Origin: an uncultured Acidobacteriota bacterium
GTDB taxonomy: Bacteria; Acidobacteriota; Terriglobia; Terriglobales; Acidobacteriaceae
Assembly (NCBI GenBank): GCA_963832535.1
Contig: CAWHUK010000011.1
Location: forward strand, 36,564 to 100,563
Length of the DNA stretch: 64,000 nt
Direction of reading: 5' to 3'
The notes beneath the pieces were generated by a model, which was not told where the DNA came from, searched no databases, and saw only the letters and a list, made by a program, of their open reading frames with translations. Position numbers and translations under genes: made by a program. Every line of letters begins with the position of its first letter. The first letter of the stretch is position 1. Shown here piece after piece: positions 31,800 to 41,735 of the stretch.

Positions 31800-33362
31800 T
31801 TACTGAACATTCACACTGATTAGGTAGGGTGCATTCGAGGCGAATGCCTTTGCTAAAGCTGGTTCGAGATCTTCTGGACGATCCACCGCTTGCGCAGTCA
31901 TGCCATATCCTTCTGCGAGCTTAACCATGTCGATGTCGGGAAGCTCTAATCCGGGTATTTTGCCGGCGTTGGTAGAAGCACTAATGCCCTTCAATACCGA
32001 GTAGCCACCATTACATAGCACGATAAAGATCACAGCGGCACGGTACTGGACCGCTGACCAAAGCGCTTGAATGGAATACTGTGCCGAGCCATCCCCGATT
32101 GCCGACACAACCCGTCTGTTCGAATTAGCCATTTGCAAGCCTACGGCAAACGGCATTCCAAAACCCAAAATACCGCTGCGAGTGGTATAAAATGAGCCGG
32201 GCTCATTCAGCTCGACGAATCGGAAAAGATCGGGCATCGCGGAAGGGCACTCTCCCACCAGGACAGCATCCTTGGGTAACAGCTTATTGAGCACATGGAA
32301 CACGTAACCCGCGGGCACCGGATATGCCGGCTTGGGTTCCGGCGCTTTCGGCCTCCGCGCCGGCAGGTTCCGCTGGACCGCTTTCAAACGGCTGCGAATG
32401 TATTGAGCAGCCACCGCAATGTTCCCCACCATGCTGCTTCCTGCCAAGGCTGACGCCGCATCCGCCGGCGAGTTGGTGATTTGGAAAAGCCTCGTTCCCG
32501 GCTTGATCGGGTCGCTCGGAACATAAACGTGGTACGAGAAAACGGGAGCGCCCAGGACCAGTACGGTGTCATAGCCGCTTAGTTGCTCGCAAACTGGCCG
32601 TTGCGCGCGCGGCAAGTCGCCGCAAAACAGACGGTGGCTTCGCGGGAAGGTCCATCGCGAGGCGATAGGTTCCTGGTACACATCCGCGTCGAGATGCTCA
32701 GCCAGCGCGATCGCTTCATGCCACGCTCCGTCGTCTTCAATCTGCGATCCCACGACCAAGGCGGGATGGGAACTGGCTTCGAGCGCCGCGACGATCTCTT
32801 CCAGAGCTGTGCGATCCGGGGACGCGGTCGTACCGCAAACATTGCGTCTCACCAATGGTGGACACGGCTGATCCCAATCGTCCATGGGGATAGATATGAA
32901 CACCGGACCGCGGGGTGGTTGCATCGCAATGTAGTACCCGCGCGCGATGGCGGCGGGTACGTCTTCAGCTCTCAGCGGCTCGTATACCCACTTGACATAG
33001 GGCTTCACAACCTCAGTGCCATGGCTTAGTAGAAATGGCTCAGCCATGATGTGGCGTCGATCCTGCTGCCCCGCAGTGATCACCAGCGGCGCATGACAGT
33101 AGTAAGCATCGACGATTCCCGAAAGCCCGTTTCCAACCCCTGCAATAGAATGGAGATTCACAAATGCCGCGCACCCTTTACCGATGGAATACCCGATCGC
33201 CATGTCGGCGGCAGAGCGTTCGTGCAACGCCAATACATAGTTGAATCCGGAAGGCATTTCCTTCAGAAAAGGCAATTCGTTCGAACCGGGATTGCCAAAA
33301 ATCACAGTCATTCCCAATTCGCGCAGAACATCGTAGCTAACTTCTCTTACGTTCCGATTCAA
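31800..33362 (-). CDS. mdlC: Benzoylformate decarboxylase-like ThDP enzyme
   Basis: FGNPGSNELPFL, LHE, NLHS..G.GN, EPFL, GDGSAQYSIQALWSA; TTG start after ggagg. Confidence 0.85.
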   Translation of the reverse strand: MNRNVREVSYDVLRELGMTVIFGNPGSNELPFLKEMPSGFNYVLALHERSAADMAIGYSIGKGCAAFVNLHSIAGVGNGLSGIVDAYYCHAPLVITAGQQDRRHIMAEPFLLSHGTEVVKPYVKWVYEPLRAEDVPAAIARGYYIAMQPPRGPVFISIPMDDWDQPCPPLVRRNVCGTTASPDRTALEEIVAALEASSHPALVVGSQIEDDGAWHEAIALAEHLDADVYQEPIASRWTFPRSHRLFCGDLPRAQRPVCEQLSGYDTVLVLGAPVFSYHVYVPSDPIKPGTRLFQITNSPADAASALAGSSMVGNIAVAAQYIRSRLKAVQRNLPARRPKAPEPKPAYPVPAGYVFHVLNKLLPKDAVLVGECPSAMPDLFRFVELNEPGSFYTTRSGILGFGMPFAVGLQMANSNRRVVSAIGDGSAQYSIQALWSAVQYRAAVIFIVLCNGGYSVLKGISASTNAGKIPGLELPDIDMVKLAEGYGMTAQAVDRPEDLEPALAKAFASNAPYLISVNVQ

Positions 33363-33495
33363 ATCCGCCTCCGAACGAAAACTCAACGGCAATACGAAGC
33401 AGGAGCGACACGGCTTCCCACAGCGTGGATGCCGCTCCAGATCCGTGGCCTTCGGGTTGCGATGCCTAGGGCTGGTTGCATAAATGGTTTGGTAA

Positions 33496-33554
33496 CAGGG
33501 CACGACTTTAGTCGCGCCGAAATCGGCCGGAAAAAATAAGGGGTTTTAACCCGA
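33496..33554. repeat. Intergenic copy of the REP-like element found inside argS
   Basis: cagggcacgactttagtcgcgcc-N20-aggggttttaaccc; weaker relative at about 43070. Confidence 0.7.
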
Positions 33555-33596
33555 GGCCTTCCTCTTGTTACATGAAGGTCATTTATGCAACCAGTT

Positions 33597-33899
33597 CTAG
33601 GTTTCGTAGTTGATTACGACCCGGCCCTTGGACACCTTCCTCAGGAACTGCATGGTGACCTCGTGCACGGGATGGATCATATAGGCGTCGAAATCTTCGC
33701 GGCTGGCGAACTCAGAACAGGCGGCGAGATCATAGCCGGAGGAATCCTCCGCGACATTAATTCCCGCCTCCATTTTTAGCATTGAAGGAATGCGCCCATT
33801 CATGCCTTCCAGAATCGCTTTGGCCTGGCGGGCATTTTCCGCTTTCGAAACGCCGTTTGCTGACTCTTTCAGTTTGATGCAAACAACGTGCTTGAACAT
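33597..33899 (-). CDS. Dabb-family (stress-responsive A/B barrel) protein
   Basis: KHVV..K, IP, YD..F..AY..HP.H. Confidence 0.8.
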   Translation of the reverse strand: MFKHVVCIKLKESANGVSKAENARQAKAILEGMNGRIPSMLKMEAGINVAEDSSGYDLAACSEFASREDFDAYMIHPVHEVTMQFLRKVSKGRVVINYET

Positions 33900-33953
33900 G
33901 CAGCACCTCCCGGTCCGGTCGTATTCACTGCCTTTGGAAAACAAAATCGCAAC

Positions 33954-36557
33954 TCAGGCTTTGTAGATCCGCACCTTCGCGCAAAGGTCCATGTTCAGGT
34001 TTCCCGGATCGCAGTGTTCGTAATCGATTTCGATGAGCTCGTTGTAAAATACGCCCTTCCCCCGCGCAATCGGCATATCTTTCGACCAGTGGCCGGCCAG
34101 CGCCGCTATGGCGACTCCCTCGGGGTGGATGCCCTGGATCGTTTTCAGCTTGCCTTTGACCTTGCGCCGGTGGACGGATTCCACCCAGATCAGGTCTCCG
34201 TCCTTCAACCCTTTCGTCTTTGCCGCCTCGGCGTTGACGCAAATGTTGTAGGAGTAATCGTTCATCTGCGCTGCCTCATCCAGCCAGGGGTTTTCCATGG
34301 TCATGGAATTGGTGTGAACGGTATCGCGGTAGTAAAAGCTGATGAGGTCGTATTGCGGATCCTTGCACTCATGCGTGGGGCAAGGATGCCAATCGGGGAC
34401 CGCCGCGTACGAATTGAAATTAATCTCCCGCTCGATGCCGTATTCGCGCGCAATTGCACGCACCTGCTCTCCTGTAGCCAGAAACATCTCAAAATAAATC
34501 GGAACCCTGACCGGTAAGCGGCTGCGCCAGTACACTTCTTCCGCACGCTTCGGCCAAGTCAGTACCCCATGCTCTTTGAACCACTCCAGGCCGCGCCCGG
34601 CGCCGAACATGCTGCGCAATATGCGATCGTTAATCTCCTCAAAGGAGTATCGCTCATCGGCCTTCAGCTTGTAGGGGTCTTGGATATCGAAAAGTGCGTT
34701 ATAGGCGTGGTTCATCTGCCCGCACAATCCGAGCCGGTCGCCGATCTCGTACAGCACACGCAGAAAGTCGCGGCGCTGCCCACCCGGCGCCGCGGCCGGC
34801 TGGCGAATCGCCCAGCTCCAATTGCCCTCGCTGCTGGGGTGGTTGAGGAGAAACGGGTAATTCGGAGCCGGGTACAGCCTCTCCAAATAACAGGTGTCCG
34901 GCAAAACGAGGTCGGCAAAGTCTGTCATCTCATTCAGGAAAATGTCGAACGAGATGACGAATACATCTTTAAGCGCTTCAGCCACCAACTCGCTGTTTCC
35001 TACGCTCATGATTGAGTTTGCGCCGAAGTTGATCATTGCCTTCGGTCTGCTCTTGATGCCGAACTTGTTCCACCACTCCTCCCGATCGGCAGAGACCAGA
35101 AACGGCGAGCTGAGAGTCCAGGTAAACAGTTCCTTCATGCCGATGTCGGTTGGGGCTTTCGCTTCGTTTACCGGAAAGGGCCTGTGCTGCGGGTGCATCC
35201 AAGTGCCCGCGATCATCAGTCCGTCTGGCGACGCATAAGGCGCGTAGAAAGGACGCCCGCTTTCGGGATGGCCGTGACAAACGGGGTTAAAGCCCAAAGC
35301 GCCACCGGCATTGTCCGCACATCCCACGAATTGGTTGAGAAGCTCGATCGCCACGCAGTTCCATTGGGAATTTTTGTGGCCCTGGGAACCGCGGAAAAAA
35401 ATCGCCGCCGCCGGGCGATATGGGAACTCCTGTCCGTCGATTACAATTGTGCTTCCGATGCGGGCCTCTTCCCCGAACTCCCTGGCCAGTCTTCGGATCG
35501 TAGTCGCCGGAATCGTGGTAATGTTTGACGAATATTCTGGAGTGTATTTTTTCAGATGTTCTTTCAAGATTTGAAAGCCAGGCTGTGCGGGCGCCCCATG
35601 AACGGTGAAATTTCCCAGAAGCGCAAAGTCGTCAAAGTTCTGAGCATCGAACGGCGCCGGTGCGCCGGCCTTTTCGTCCCACACCAGCGGCTTGTTGGTC
35701 GCGGCGTCGCGCACATAATGGCCATCGGGGCCCACCAAATAGGGGCCATTCGTGCACTGCTTGAGGTATTTGCGATCGTATAGGTCGAACTCGTTCACCA
35801 GAAGATTGCACATCGCCAGCGCCAGCGCCCCATCGGTCCCAACCCGAATCGGCACCCATTCGCTCGCTTTGGCAGAGGCAAAGTTGCACAGGGGATCAAT
35901 CACGACGGTTTTCATGCCGCGCACGCGGGCATCGGCCGCCAACTGCGCGTTCTGGTTGGCCGCGTGCCCGGCGGCGTGACCTTTGCTGGCGCCAAAATAG
36001 AGAGCGTATTTGCAGCGCTTGAAGTCGGGGACTAACGACCAGGAAGCATGCATGATGCCGCCGAGCTGGTGAGCGCCCATGCCGCAGTGCAGGCCGCCGC
36101 CGGCGGCCCACCGGGTGTCGGTGCCGAATGCCTTGGCGAAGGTCGCAAAGCCGGTGATATTCTCCATGGCGCAAGTCGTCGTTCCCTGACACCAAAGTTC
36201 TCTGGGATCCTGAGCGTGCACTTCCTTGAGTTTCTTCACCGCTATCTCCAGGGCTTCGTCCCAGGAGATTTCCACCCATTGCGGGTCAACCCCAATTCCT
36301 TTCACGGGATTGCTGCGCTTCATCGGCACATTCACCCGGTTGGGATCGTACAGCAGCATCATCCCCGTGGCGCCCTTACCGCACAGCCGTCCCTCCCCAC
36401 AAGCACTATCGGGATTGCCCTCGATCTTGACAATCGCGCCATCCAAGTTATGTGCGAGGATGGAGCAATTACCGTAACAAAGGCTGCAGGCGGAGGGAAT
36501 CCACCTGTCCTGCTTGCTTCGAGTCGATTGCTCGCTCACCACGTTGTTGGTAGCCAT
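33954..36557 (-). CDS. DMSO-reductase-family Mo/W-bisPGD oxidoreductase catalytic subunit (PadB-like)
   Basis: N-terminal CSLCYGNC..C 4Fe-4S motif, ISWDEAL, EWVPIR.GTD, ADLVLP, no twin-arginine signal. Confidence 0.85.
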   Translation of the reverse strand: MATNNVVSEQSTRSKQDRWIPSACSLCYGNCSILAHNLDGAIVKIEGNPDSACGEGRLCGKGATGMMLLYDPNRVNVPMKRSNPVKGIGVDPQWVEISWDEALEIAVKKLKEVHAQDPRELWCQGTTTCAMENITGFATFAKAFGTDTRWAAGGGLHCGMGAHQLGGIMHASWSLVPDFKRCKYALYFGASKGHAAGHAANQNAQLAADARVRGMKTVVIDPLCNFASAKASEWVPIRVGTDGALALAMCNLLVNEFDLYDRKYLKQCTNGPYLVGPDGHYVRDAATNKPLVWDEKAGAPAPFDAQNFDDFALLGNFTVHGAPAQPGFQILKEHLKKYTPEYSSNITTIPATTIRRLAREFGEEARIGSTIVIDGQEFPYRPAAAIFFRGSQGHKNSQWNCVAIELLNQFVGCADNAGGALGFNPVCHGHPESGRPFYAPYASPDGLMIAGTWMHPQHRPFPVNEAKAPTDIGMKELFTWTLSSPFLVSADREEWWNKFGIKSRPKAMINFGANSIMSVGNSELVAEALKDVFVISFDIFLNEMTDFADLVLPDTCYLERLYPAPNYPFLLNHPSSEGNWSWAIRQPAAAPGGQRRDFLRVLYEIGDRLGLCGQMNHAYNALFDIQDPYKLKADERYSFEEINDRILRSMFGAGRGLEWFKEHGVLTWPKRAEEVYWRSRLPVRVPIYFEMFLATGEQVRAIAREYGIEREINFNSYAAVPDWHPCPTHECKDPQYDLISFYYRDTVHTNSMTMENPWLDEAAQMNDYSYNICVNAEAAKTKGLKDGDLIWVESVHRRKVKGKLKTIQGIHPEGVAIAALAGHWSKDMPIARGKGVFYNELIEIDYEHCDPGNLNMDLCAKVRIYKA

Positions 36558-36614
36558 CCTTTACGCTCCCTTCACCTACCCGGAAACGCTGTCGCCGCGC
36601 TCGAATTGTGCGGA

Positions 36615-37526
36615 TCAGATTCCGGGTCGTACGCGAAACGCTGCGCGGGCCATGAGCGGGGTGCGAATGCCCGCAGCCAGAATCAGCAAGCGCAGCAGAA
36701 ATCCGCCTACCAGCAGCAATACACCCGCGACCAGCGTGGCTGCAGTCTGCGAGGCGGCAGGCTGGGTTGTGGCCGCGTACTCGATCAGCGCAGGCAATGC
36801 CAACCCGGCGATCAGAAAGCCGCCCCAGAACATGCCCGCCAACCGGCCCCGCACAAGCAGGTACACCGACTCGGGCGCGCGATCCGCCACAATAGTCAGG
36901 TACAGGTACACGGCAATTGCTTCCATGATGACCAGTACGATGTCAGCCCAGGTCAGAAATTCCGTGCTTGTGTTGCGCAGCCCCAGCATGGCGCTGGCAA
37001 TCGGTGTAACCAGGAACACCCCACCGATCCCAGTCGACAGCGCCGAAAGCAGAAACAACAAAGGCAGCAGGGGATTGTTCCAGAACGGCCGGCTGACGAC
37101 CACGCCGATCAGAATCCCAGTGTAAATGCACGTCGCCAGGGCACACACAAACGCCAGCACTTCCAGCAGTCTGTACGTGGCATCGGCGGGTGCGAGCACG
37201 CCTCCGAACGGCCACACGCTGAAGGCCACCAACAGTCCTCCGAAGACAATGAAGCCGGACAGAATGACGAAGCCACGAGAAATCCACGACGTGGCCGGGT
37301 TCCGGATCGCCGCCATGAACTTGGCCGGCGTCCCCAGATCCAGGATCAGAAACAGCGTCGAGCCGGCGACCACTGGCACCCCCATGGTCATGGCAATCTG
37401 CCCCGCCAGCACGTGCCCCAATCGCAAACCTGCCACTCCCACCAGAAAGGCCCCGGCCCCCGCGCCCGCCAGAAACAAATAGGCAGCGACCTGCCAGCGC
37501 CACACCCTCTGAGGCACGGTCTCCAT
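36615..37526 (-). CDS. NrfD/PsrC-type membrane anchor
   Basis: YLFLAGAGAG, DLG.P, SWISRG, YTG, RPFW; multiple TM helices. Confidence 0.85.
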   Translation of the reverse strand: METVPQRVWRWQVAAYLFLAGAGAGAFLVGVAGLRLGHVLAGQIAMTMGVPVVAGSTLFLILDLGTPAKFMAAIRNPATSWISRGFVILSGFIVFGGLLVAFSVWPFGGVLAPADATYRLLEVLAFVCALATCIYTGILIGVVVSRPFWNNPLLPLLFLLSALSTGIGGVFLVTPIASAMLGLRNTSTEFLTWADIVLVIMEAIAVYLYLTIVADRAPESVYLLVRGRLAGMFWGGFLIAGLALPALIEYAATTQPAASQTAATLVAGVLLLVGGFLLRLLILAAGIRTPLMARAAFRVRPGI

Positions 37527-37541
37527 CGCAGCTCCTTCGTA

Positions 37542-38243
37542 CTACTCCTTGGTTTTCCCGCGATCGACGCCTAAGGGATCAACTCCCAGAATCGTGCGGT
37601 TTGGAGACATGTACTGCGTTTTCGGTTTGGTGCCGTGCTCCGGATTCAACGGGAAGGCGTCGCGCGCCAGCAACTGCGCCACTTCGCTGGTGGGATCGTC
37701 CAAATCCCCGAAATGCCGCGCCTTCGCCATGCAGTTAATGACGCAGGCGGGCGTGGCCTCCCGGTCGACCCCCGGCTTGAGCCCTTTGGCCAAACCCGCG
37801 TCGATTCGTCCCCGGCAGTAGTCGCACTTCATCGCTACCCCGGTTTTGTGCTTGCCGTAGACCGCCTGCTCATAGGGCGTGAAGCCCTGCTTCCCAAAGT
37901 ACGGCTCTTGCTCTTCGACGTAGTACCGCGCGCCGTACGGGCAAGCGATCATGCAGTACTTGCAGCCGATGCAGTTCTCTTCATCCACAAACACGATTCC
38001 GTCTGCGCGAATCTGTGTCGCCTTTGTGGGGCAAACCTTCTCGCACGGCGCCTCTTCGCAGTGCATGCACAGCAGAGGCAATGAGATGCGCGCCACATTG
38101 GGATAAGTCCCGAATTCCTGCGACTCCAGCCGCGCAAACGTCACCCCCGGCGGCGTGCCGTTTTCCGCTTTGCAACTGGTCTGACAGCCGTAGCAGCCAA
38201 TGCAGCGGAGTAAATCGATCACCATTCCCCAGCGAGGCATCAC
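37542..38243 (-). CDS. 4Fe-4S dicluster electron-transfer subunit (PadC/DmsB-like)
   Basis: CIGCYGC, CMHCEEAPC, CIGCKYC..CP, KCDYC..GLKPGVDREATPACV. Confidence 0.9.
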   Translation of the reverse strand: MMPRWGMVIDLLRCIGCYGCQTSCKAENGTPPGVTFARLESQEFGTYPNVARISLPLLCMHCEEAPCEKVCPTKATQIRADGIVFVDEENCIGCKYCMIACPYGARYYVEEQEPYFGKQGFTPYEQAVYGKHKTGVAMKCDYCRGRIDAGLAKGLKPGVDREATPACVINCMAKARHFGDLDDPTSEVAQLLARDAFPLNPEHGTKPKTQYMSPNRTILGVDPLGVDRGKTKE

Positions 38244-38649
38244 TCGCTCCTGTCACTCGCTTCACCATGTGCGGTGCTGAACGAAGCGAGGCACCGTCTC
38301 GCGCTCGTGGCTCATATAAGTTCAGCGATGCGCAGAGCATATCACCCGAAAGCGGAAAAGTACACACAAACTCATCTTCTCGCAGATTCCTGCTTTCCAA
38401 ATTTTGGAGGGCAAGACTTGAGGTATTCATCTATTTTTTGAAATCCTGGGCGGCACTACGACCGCACCCTTAGCGAGGCAAAGTGATGCGGACAATGACT
38501 TAAATGAGAAGCCCGAATTCATCATCAAGACTCGAGCTGCGCCGCGTGGACGTTGACCGCGTGCTCGACGATTGCAACGAGGAAGAACGCAAGCCCACGG
38601 CACGGTACATCCTTGCGCACCATGCCGATCTTACAGGGGAAATCAGCGA

Positions 38650-39507
38650 TCAAACCTCGTGAACAGAGCGCAGGAAATCGAGAATCGGCGCTGTCTGATT
38701 CGTGATGGCGTGACGGGTTTCCGGCAGGAATCGAACGCCGACGTTGGCGACGTTTGCTTCGAGTCTCGATTTCACCTGCAGAGAATCGATGAACACATCC
38801 CTTCCGCCAAGTATCGCCATCACCGGCATCGTGAGCTGCCTCAAGGCGGCGTCACTGAAGATGGGAAGCCGTTCAGTGCGGGGTTTCATATTCTTGAATA
38901 CGAGCGCCATGAAGTCCGCGACAGCCTTTTCGGCAGGTGAAGGATTGGCCGGCGCCGGCCCGCCAATGATCTCGGTCATTTTTCTGCGCCCCCACGATCC
39001 GATGAGGAGCAACGGTAGCGCCCAGACGAGAACATTTTTGGATGCGATGCCCCCGGGAGCGATCACGACCAGGCTCCGGACACGCACGGCGCGCCGTATC
39101 GCATAATCGAGGACGATCCAGCCTCCGAGCGAGATCCCAACCAACGAGGCATTGCCGATCTTCAGACCGGACATCACGTCATCCAGCCAAAGCACCGGGG
39201 CTTCAGACGCAAACGACGGACGCGAAGGCGCACTCAGGCCGGCGTCGCCGATGATATCGATTGCGTAAACGCGAAAGTGAGCTGACCAAGTGGAAACATC
39301 TCCCATCCACATTGTTGAATTGAAGCTGGCCCCGTGCAGAAGAACCAGGGGAGGCGCACCTTCCGGGCCGCAAGCGATCACAAAGGTCTCGCCCTCGCGC
39401 GTTGGCACTCTCAGGTGTTGGTTTGGCACTGGCCAGCGCTCGAGGAATCCAAGATAGCGATCCTTGATGGCCCGTTCGCCTTCCGGTGATCGAAAGATGT
39501 TCGACAT
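38650..39507 (-). CDS. Alpha/beta-fold hydrolase
   Basis: LLHG, DIIGDAG.S, GISLGG nucleophile, Asp and His near the C terminus. Confidence 0.85.
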   Translation of the reverse strand: MSNIFRSPEGERAIKDRYLGFLERWPVPNQHLRVPTREGETFVIACGPEGAPPLVLLHGASFNSTMWMGDVSTWSAHFRVYAIDIIGDAGLSAPSRPSFASEAPVLWLDDVMSGLKIGNASLVGISLGGWIVLDYAIRRAVRVRSLVVIAPGGIASKNVLVWALPLLLIGSWGRRKMTEIIGGPAPANPSPAEKAVADFMALVFKNMKPRTERLPIFSDAALRQLTMPVMAILGGRDVFIDSLQVKSRLEANVANVGVRFLPETRHAITNQTAPILDFLRSVHEV

Positions 39508-39638
39508 CAGGACCCACGAAGAACCGCCGCGGCCGCGAAGCCATCGTCGGCTCGCTGCGCGCGGCTAGATGTCAACTCGCCAGGCGGCGCAACCCATGCA
39601 TGATTATGCATAGGTTGCGATTTTGTAACACTGCAGCA

Positions 39639-41726
39639 CTAAACCTCCGCTGTCTTCGCGAATGCTGTTCCAACGGTTCCGCTCCGGCACGAGGCTGATG
39701 TCATGAATTCTCCGGAGTGGGTTGCCTGTACGCCGATTGCTTCCGACAGTGGAACACCGCATGATGCAAGAATGGTGTCCAAAATGGCCTTTCGTCCCGC
39801 TTGCATCGAAGAGCCGGCAGCAGGTGACAGGTCCGAAAGATCGGCGGGGATGCCGGTCAGGCGCTTTTCATTAACAGTGCGTCGCGTAACTGCATTGTCC
39901 CCCCTGGCAATTAACCAGCAAGTCTTGATGCAATCAGGGAGCGGGCCTGCGTAATCGACCAGCCACCCCACTGCGTTTTTCGCCTTTACCGGGCGGCCTT
40001 CAAGCAAGAAGCTCAGCACCTTCTTCCAGGCATCCGGAGCCGACTTGCGGAAGATCCAGTGGCAGCCTTCCATTCCGGGAACGACCGGCAAGGTAACTTC
40101 AGGCATGCCGAGGTCGGTCGATTCAACCGCAACCACGTAATGGCAGTGCTCCATCAGTTCCAGCATTCCGCCCAGGCACCGCTTTCCATTGACGAAGCCG
40201 ACGGAGGTCTGGAATTCTTCGTACAGCCGCCGGGCCGTCTGCGAAAACTTCTGAGACAGAGCTACGCCCTTCGAACGATCCTCCAGCGCCGGGAAGAACT
40301 CCGAGGTGTCAGCTCCGACCAACTGTGTCGAAAGATGAAAGTCGCCGGTGAGGATGACGCGCCCGATTCCCTCGGCTTTGAGCCAATCGATGGCGCGATT
40401 CAGTTCCGCATTGACGTCTTGGTTGTAGCTTTCGCGGGAGATAGTAATCACGCCGATTTCGCCGTCGTGCTCGGCGTTGACGTAGAGTTGCTGCCATTCC
40501 GGAGTATCCATTTGTTCGAACAACTCGGGATACCAGGGGCTGTTCGCCGCGGCCGGATACAACTTGTGATACGCTTCCACTTTCCTAATAACTTCCGCGG
40601 CGCCTTGACTGCGGGCGACTGCGATCATGCCCTGTTTGAATTGCGCACAGAGTTCACCGATGGCATTCAATTGCGATAAGTGGGAGCGCTTCTCGTGCAA
40701 CAGTAAGCTTGTCATCTGGAACAGCGGCCCGAGCAACCAAGTCTCGAATTCAGCGCGCTCCGCGTCGTCGAGCGGCCAATTCACGATCGGCCTGAAGTGT
40801 TTCGGAGGATACCATTCCAGACCGCTGTCCATGCGGTCTATCAGCGACTTTGTCGGCGTGAACAAACCGCCATATTGCTTCGCCAGGTGGTCGAGACATG
40901 ACCACGTAAGAAAGTTGGACCCCTTCGCGCCGATAAAGTCATGAGCGCGGAACGGGTTCGGGCCGAGCAACTGCTTGACATATTTGTCGATCTTCCACTC
41001 GGGCATGTTCAAGGCTTCGTTGTAGCGGGACGACGCCACAAACGCGCCAGTGAAGAGAACGTCCAGCACGAACGACCAGTCGTCGCTTACCATGATCGGA
41101 ATCAGGCCAAGCGACCAGAGAAGCTGTGTCACGGCCGACGGCTTAGGCTCCACGATTTCGTAGATTTTGCTGATCTCGTGAGGGTATGACGGGTGCGCAA
41201 TGCCAACGCCAAGCTCCTTCCGGGGAAATCCTGAAGTAACGGATCGAATCTCGATGCCGGGGAAAGCCTGGCGGAAGAGCTCGTAATGGGCCTTCTTGAT
41301 CTCCAGGATTTCCGGGACGGCTTCTAACAAGAAGCGCGGTTTGAGCGCAGCAAGCTGCTTCGGAAGGTACTTGCCGTCGTAAGTAAACTGCACGATGTTG
41401 CCCATGATCTGTGCTGCTTCTTCTTTGCCAAAGTTGCGCGTCAGACCTGGGAACTGCTTCGAAAGGCCGGAGGGCGCTCCCGGAAAATCCAAAGCTGCGA
41501 TGGTGACGCCATATGGCGCCAGGCGGGAAGCAAGCTGCATTGTCTTTCCTGCGCCCACGATGCCATTCGCGCCTGAGATCACGAGGCAACCGCGATTCTC
41601 GCCGGCGCCGAAGACCTGTGCGACAAGATCGGCTGTCGCAACGGGAAGAGCGCCGCGCTTGAAAATGTCAAGAACGGATCCCAGGCCCAAAGTTTCCAAT
41701 GTTGACGGTCTTAATGCTTTTTCCAC
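39639..41726 (-). CDS. 3-hydroxyacyl-CoA dehydrogenase-like/enoyl-CoA hydratase fusion
   Basis: GANGIVG, LEAVPE..IKK; C-terminal crotonase GAD, CLGGMLE, GMPEV..PG. Confidence 0.7.
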   Translation of the reverse strand: MEKALRPSTLETLGLGSVLDIFKRGALPVATADLVAQVFGAGENRGCLVISGANGIVGAGKTMQLASRLAPYGVTIAALDFPGAPSGLSKQFPGLTRNFGKEEAAQIMGNIVQFTYDGKYLPKQLAALKPRFLLEAVPEILEIKKAHYELFRQAFPGIEIRSVTSGFPRKELGVGIAHPSYPHEISKIYEIVEPKPSAVTQLLWSLGLIPIMVSDDWSFVLDVLFTGAFVASSRYNEALNMPEWKIDKYVKQLLGPNPFRAHDFIGAKGSNFLTWSCLDHLAKQYGGLFTPTKSLIDRMDSGLEWYPPKHFRPIVNWPLDDAERAEFETWLLGPLFQMTSLLLHEKRSHLSQLNAIGELCAQFKQGMIAVARSQGAAEVIRKVEAYHKLYPAAANSPWYPELFEQMDTPEWQQLYVNAEHDGEIGVITISRESYNQDVNAELNRAIDWLKAEGIGRVILTGDFHLSTQLVGADTSEFFPALEDRSKGVALSQKFSQTARRLYEEFQTSVGFVNGKRCLGGMLELMEHCHYVVAVESTDLGMPEVTLPVVPGMEGCHWIFRKSAPDAWKKVLSFLLEGRPVKAKNAVGWLVDYAGPLPDCIKTCWLIARGDNAVTRRTVNEKRLTGIPADLSDLSPAAGSSMQAGRKAILDTILASCGVPLSEAIGVQATHSGEFMTSASCRSGTVGTAFAKTAEV

Positions 41727-41735
41727 GGTTGCTCC

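Noticed and set aside
33954-36557. Pyrogallol-phloroglucinol transhydroxylase
   Set aside because: The context is tempting, but this protein has an N-terminal FeS motif and an NrfD anchor, unlike the soluble transhydroxylase
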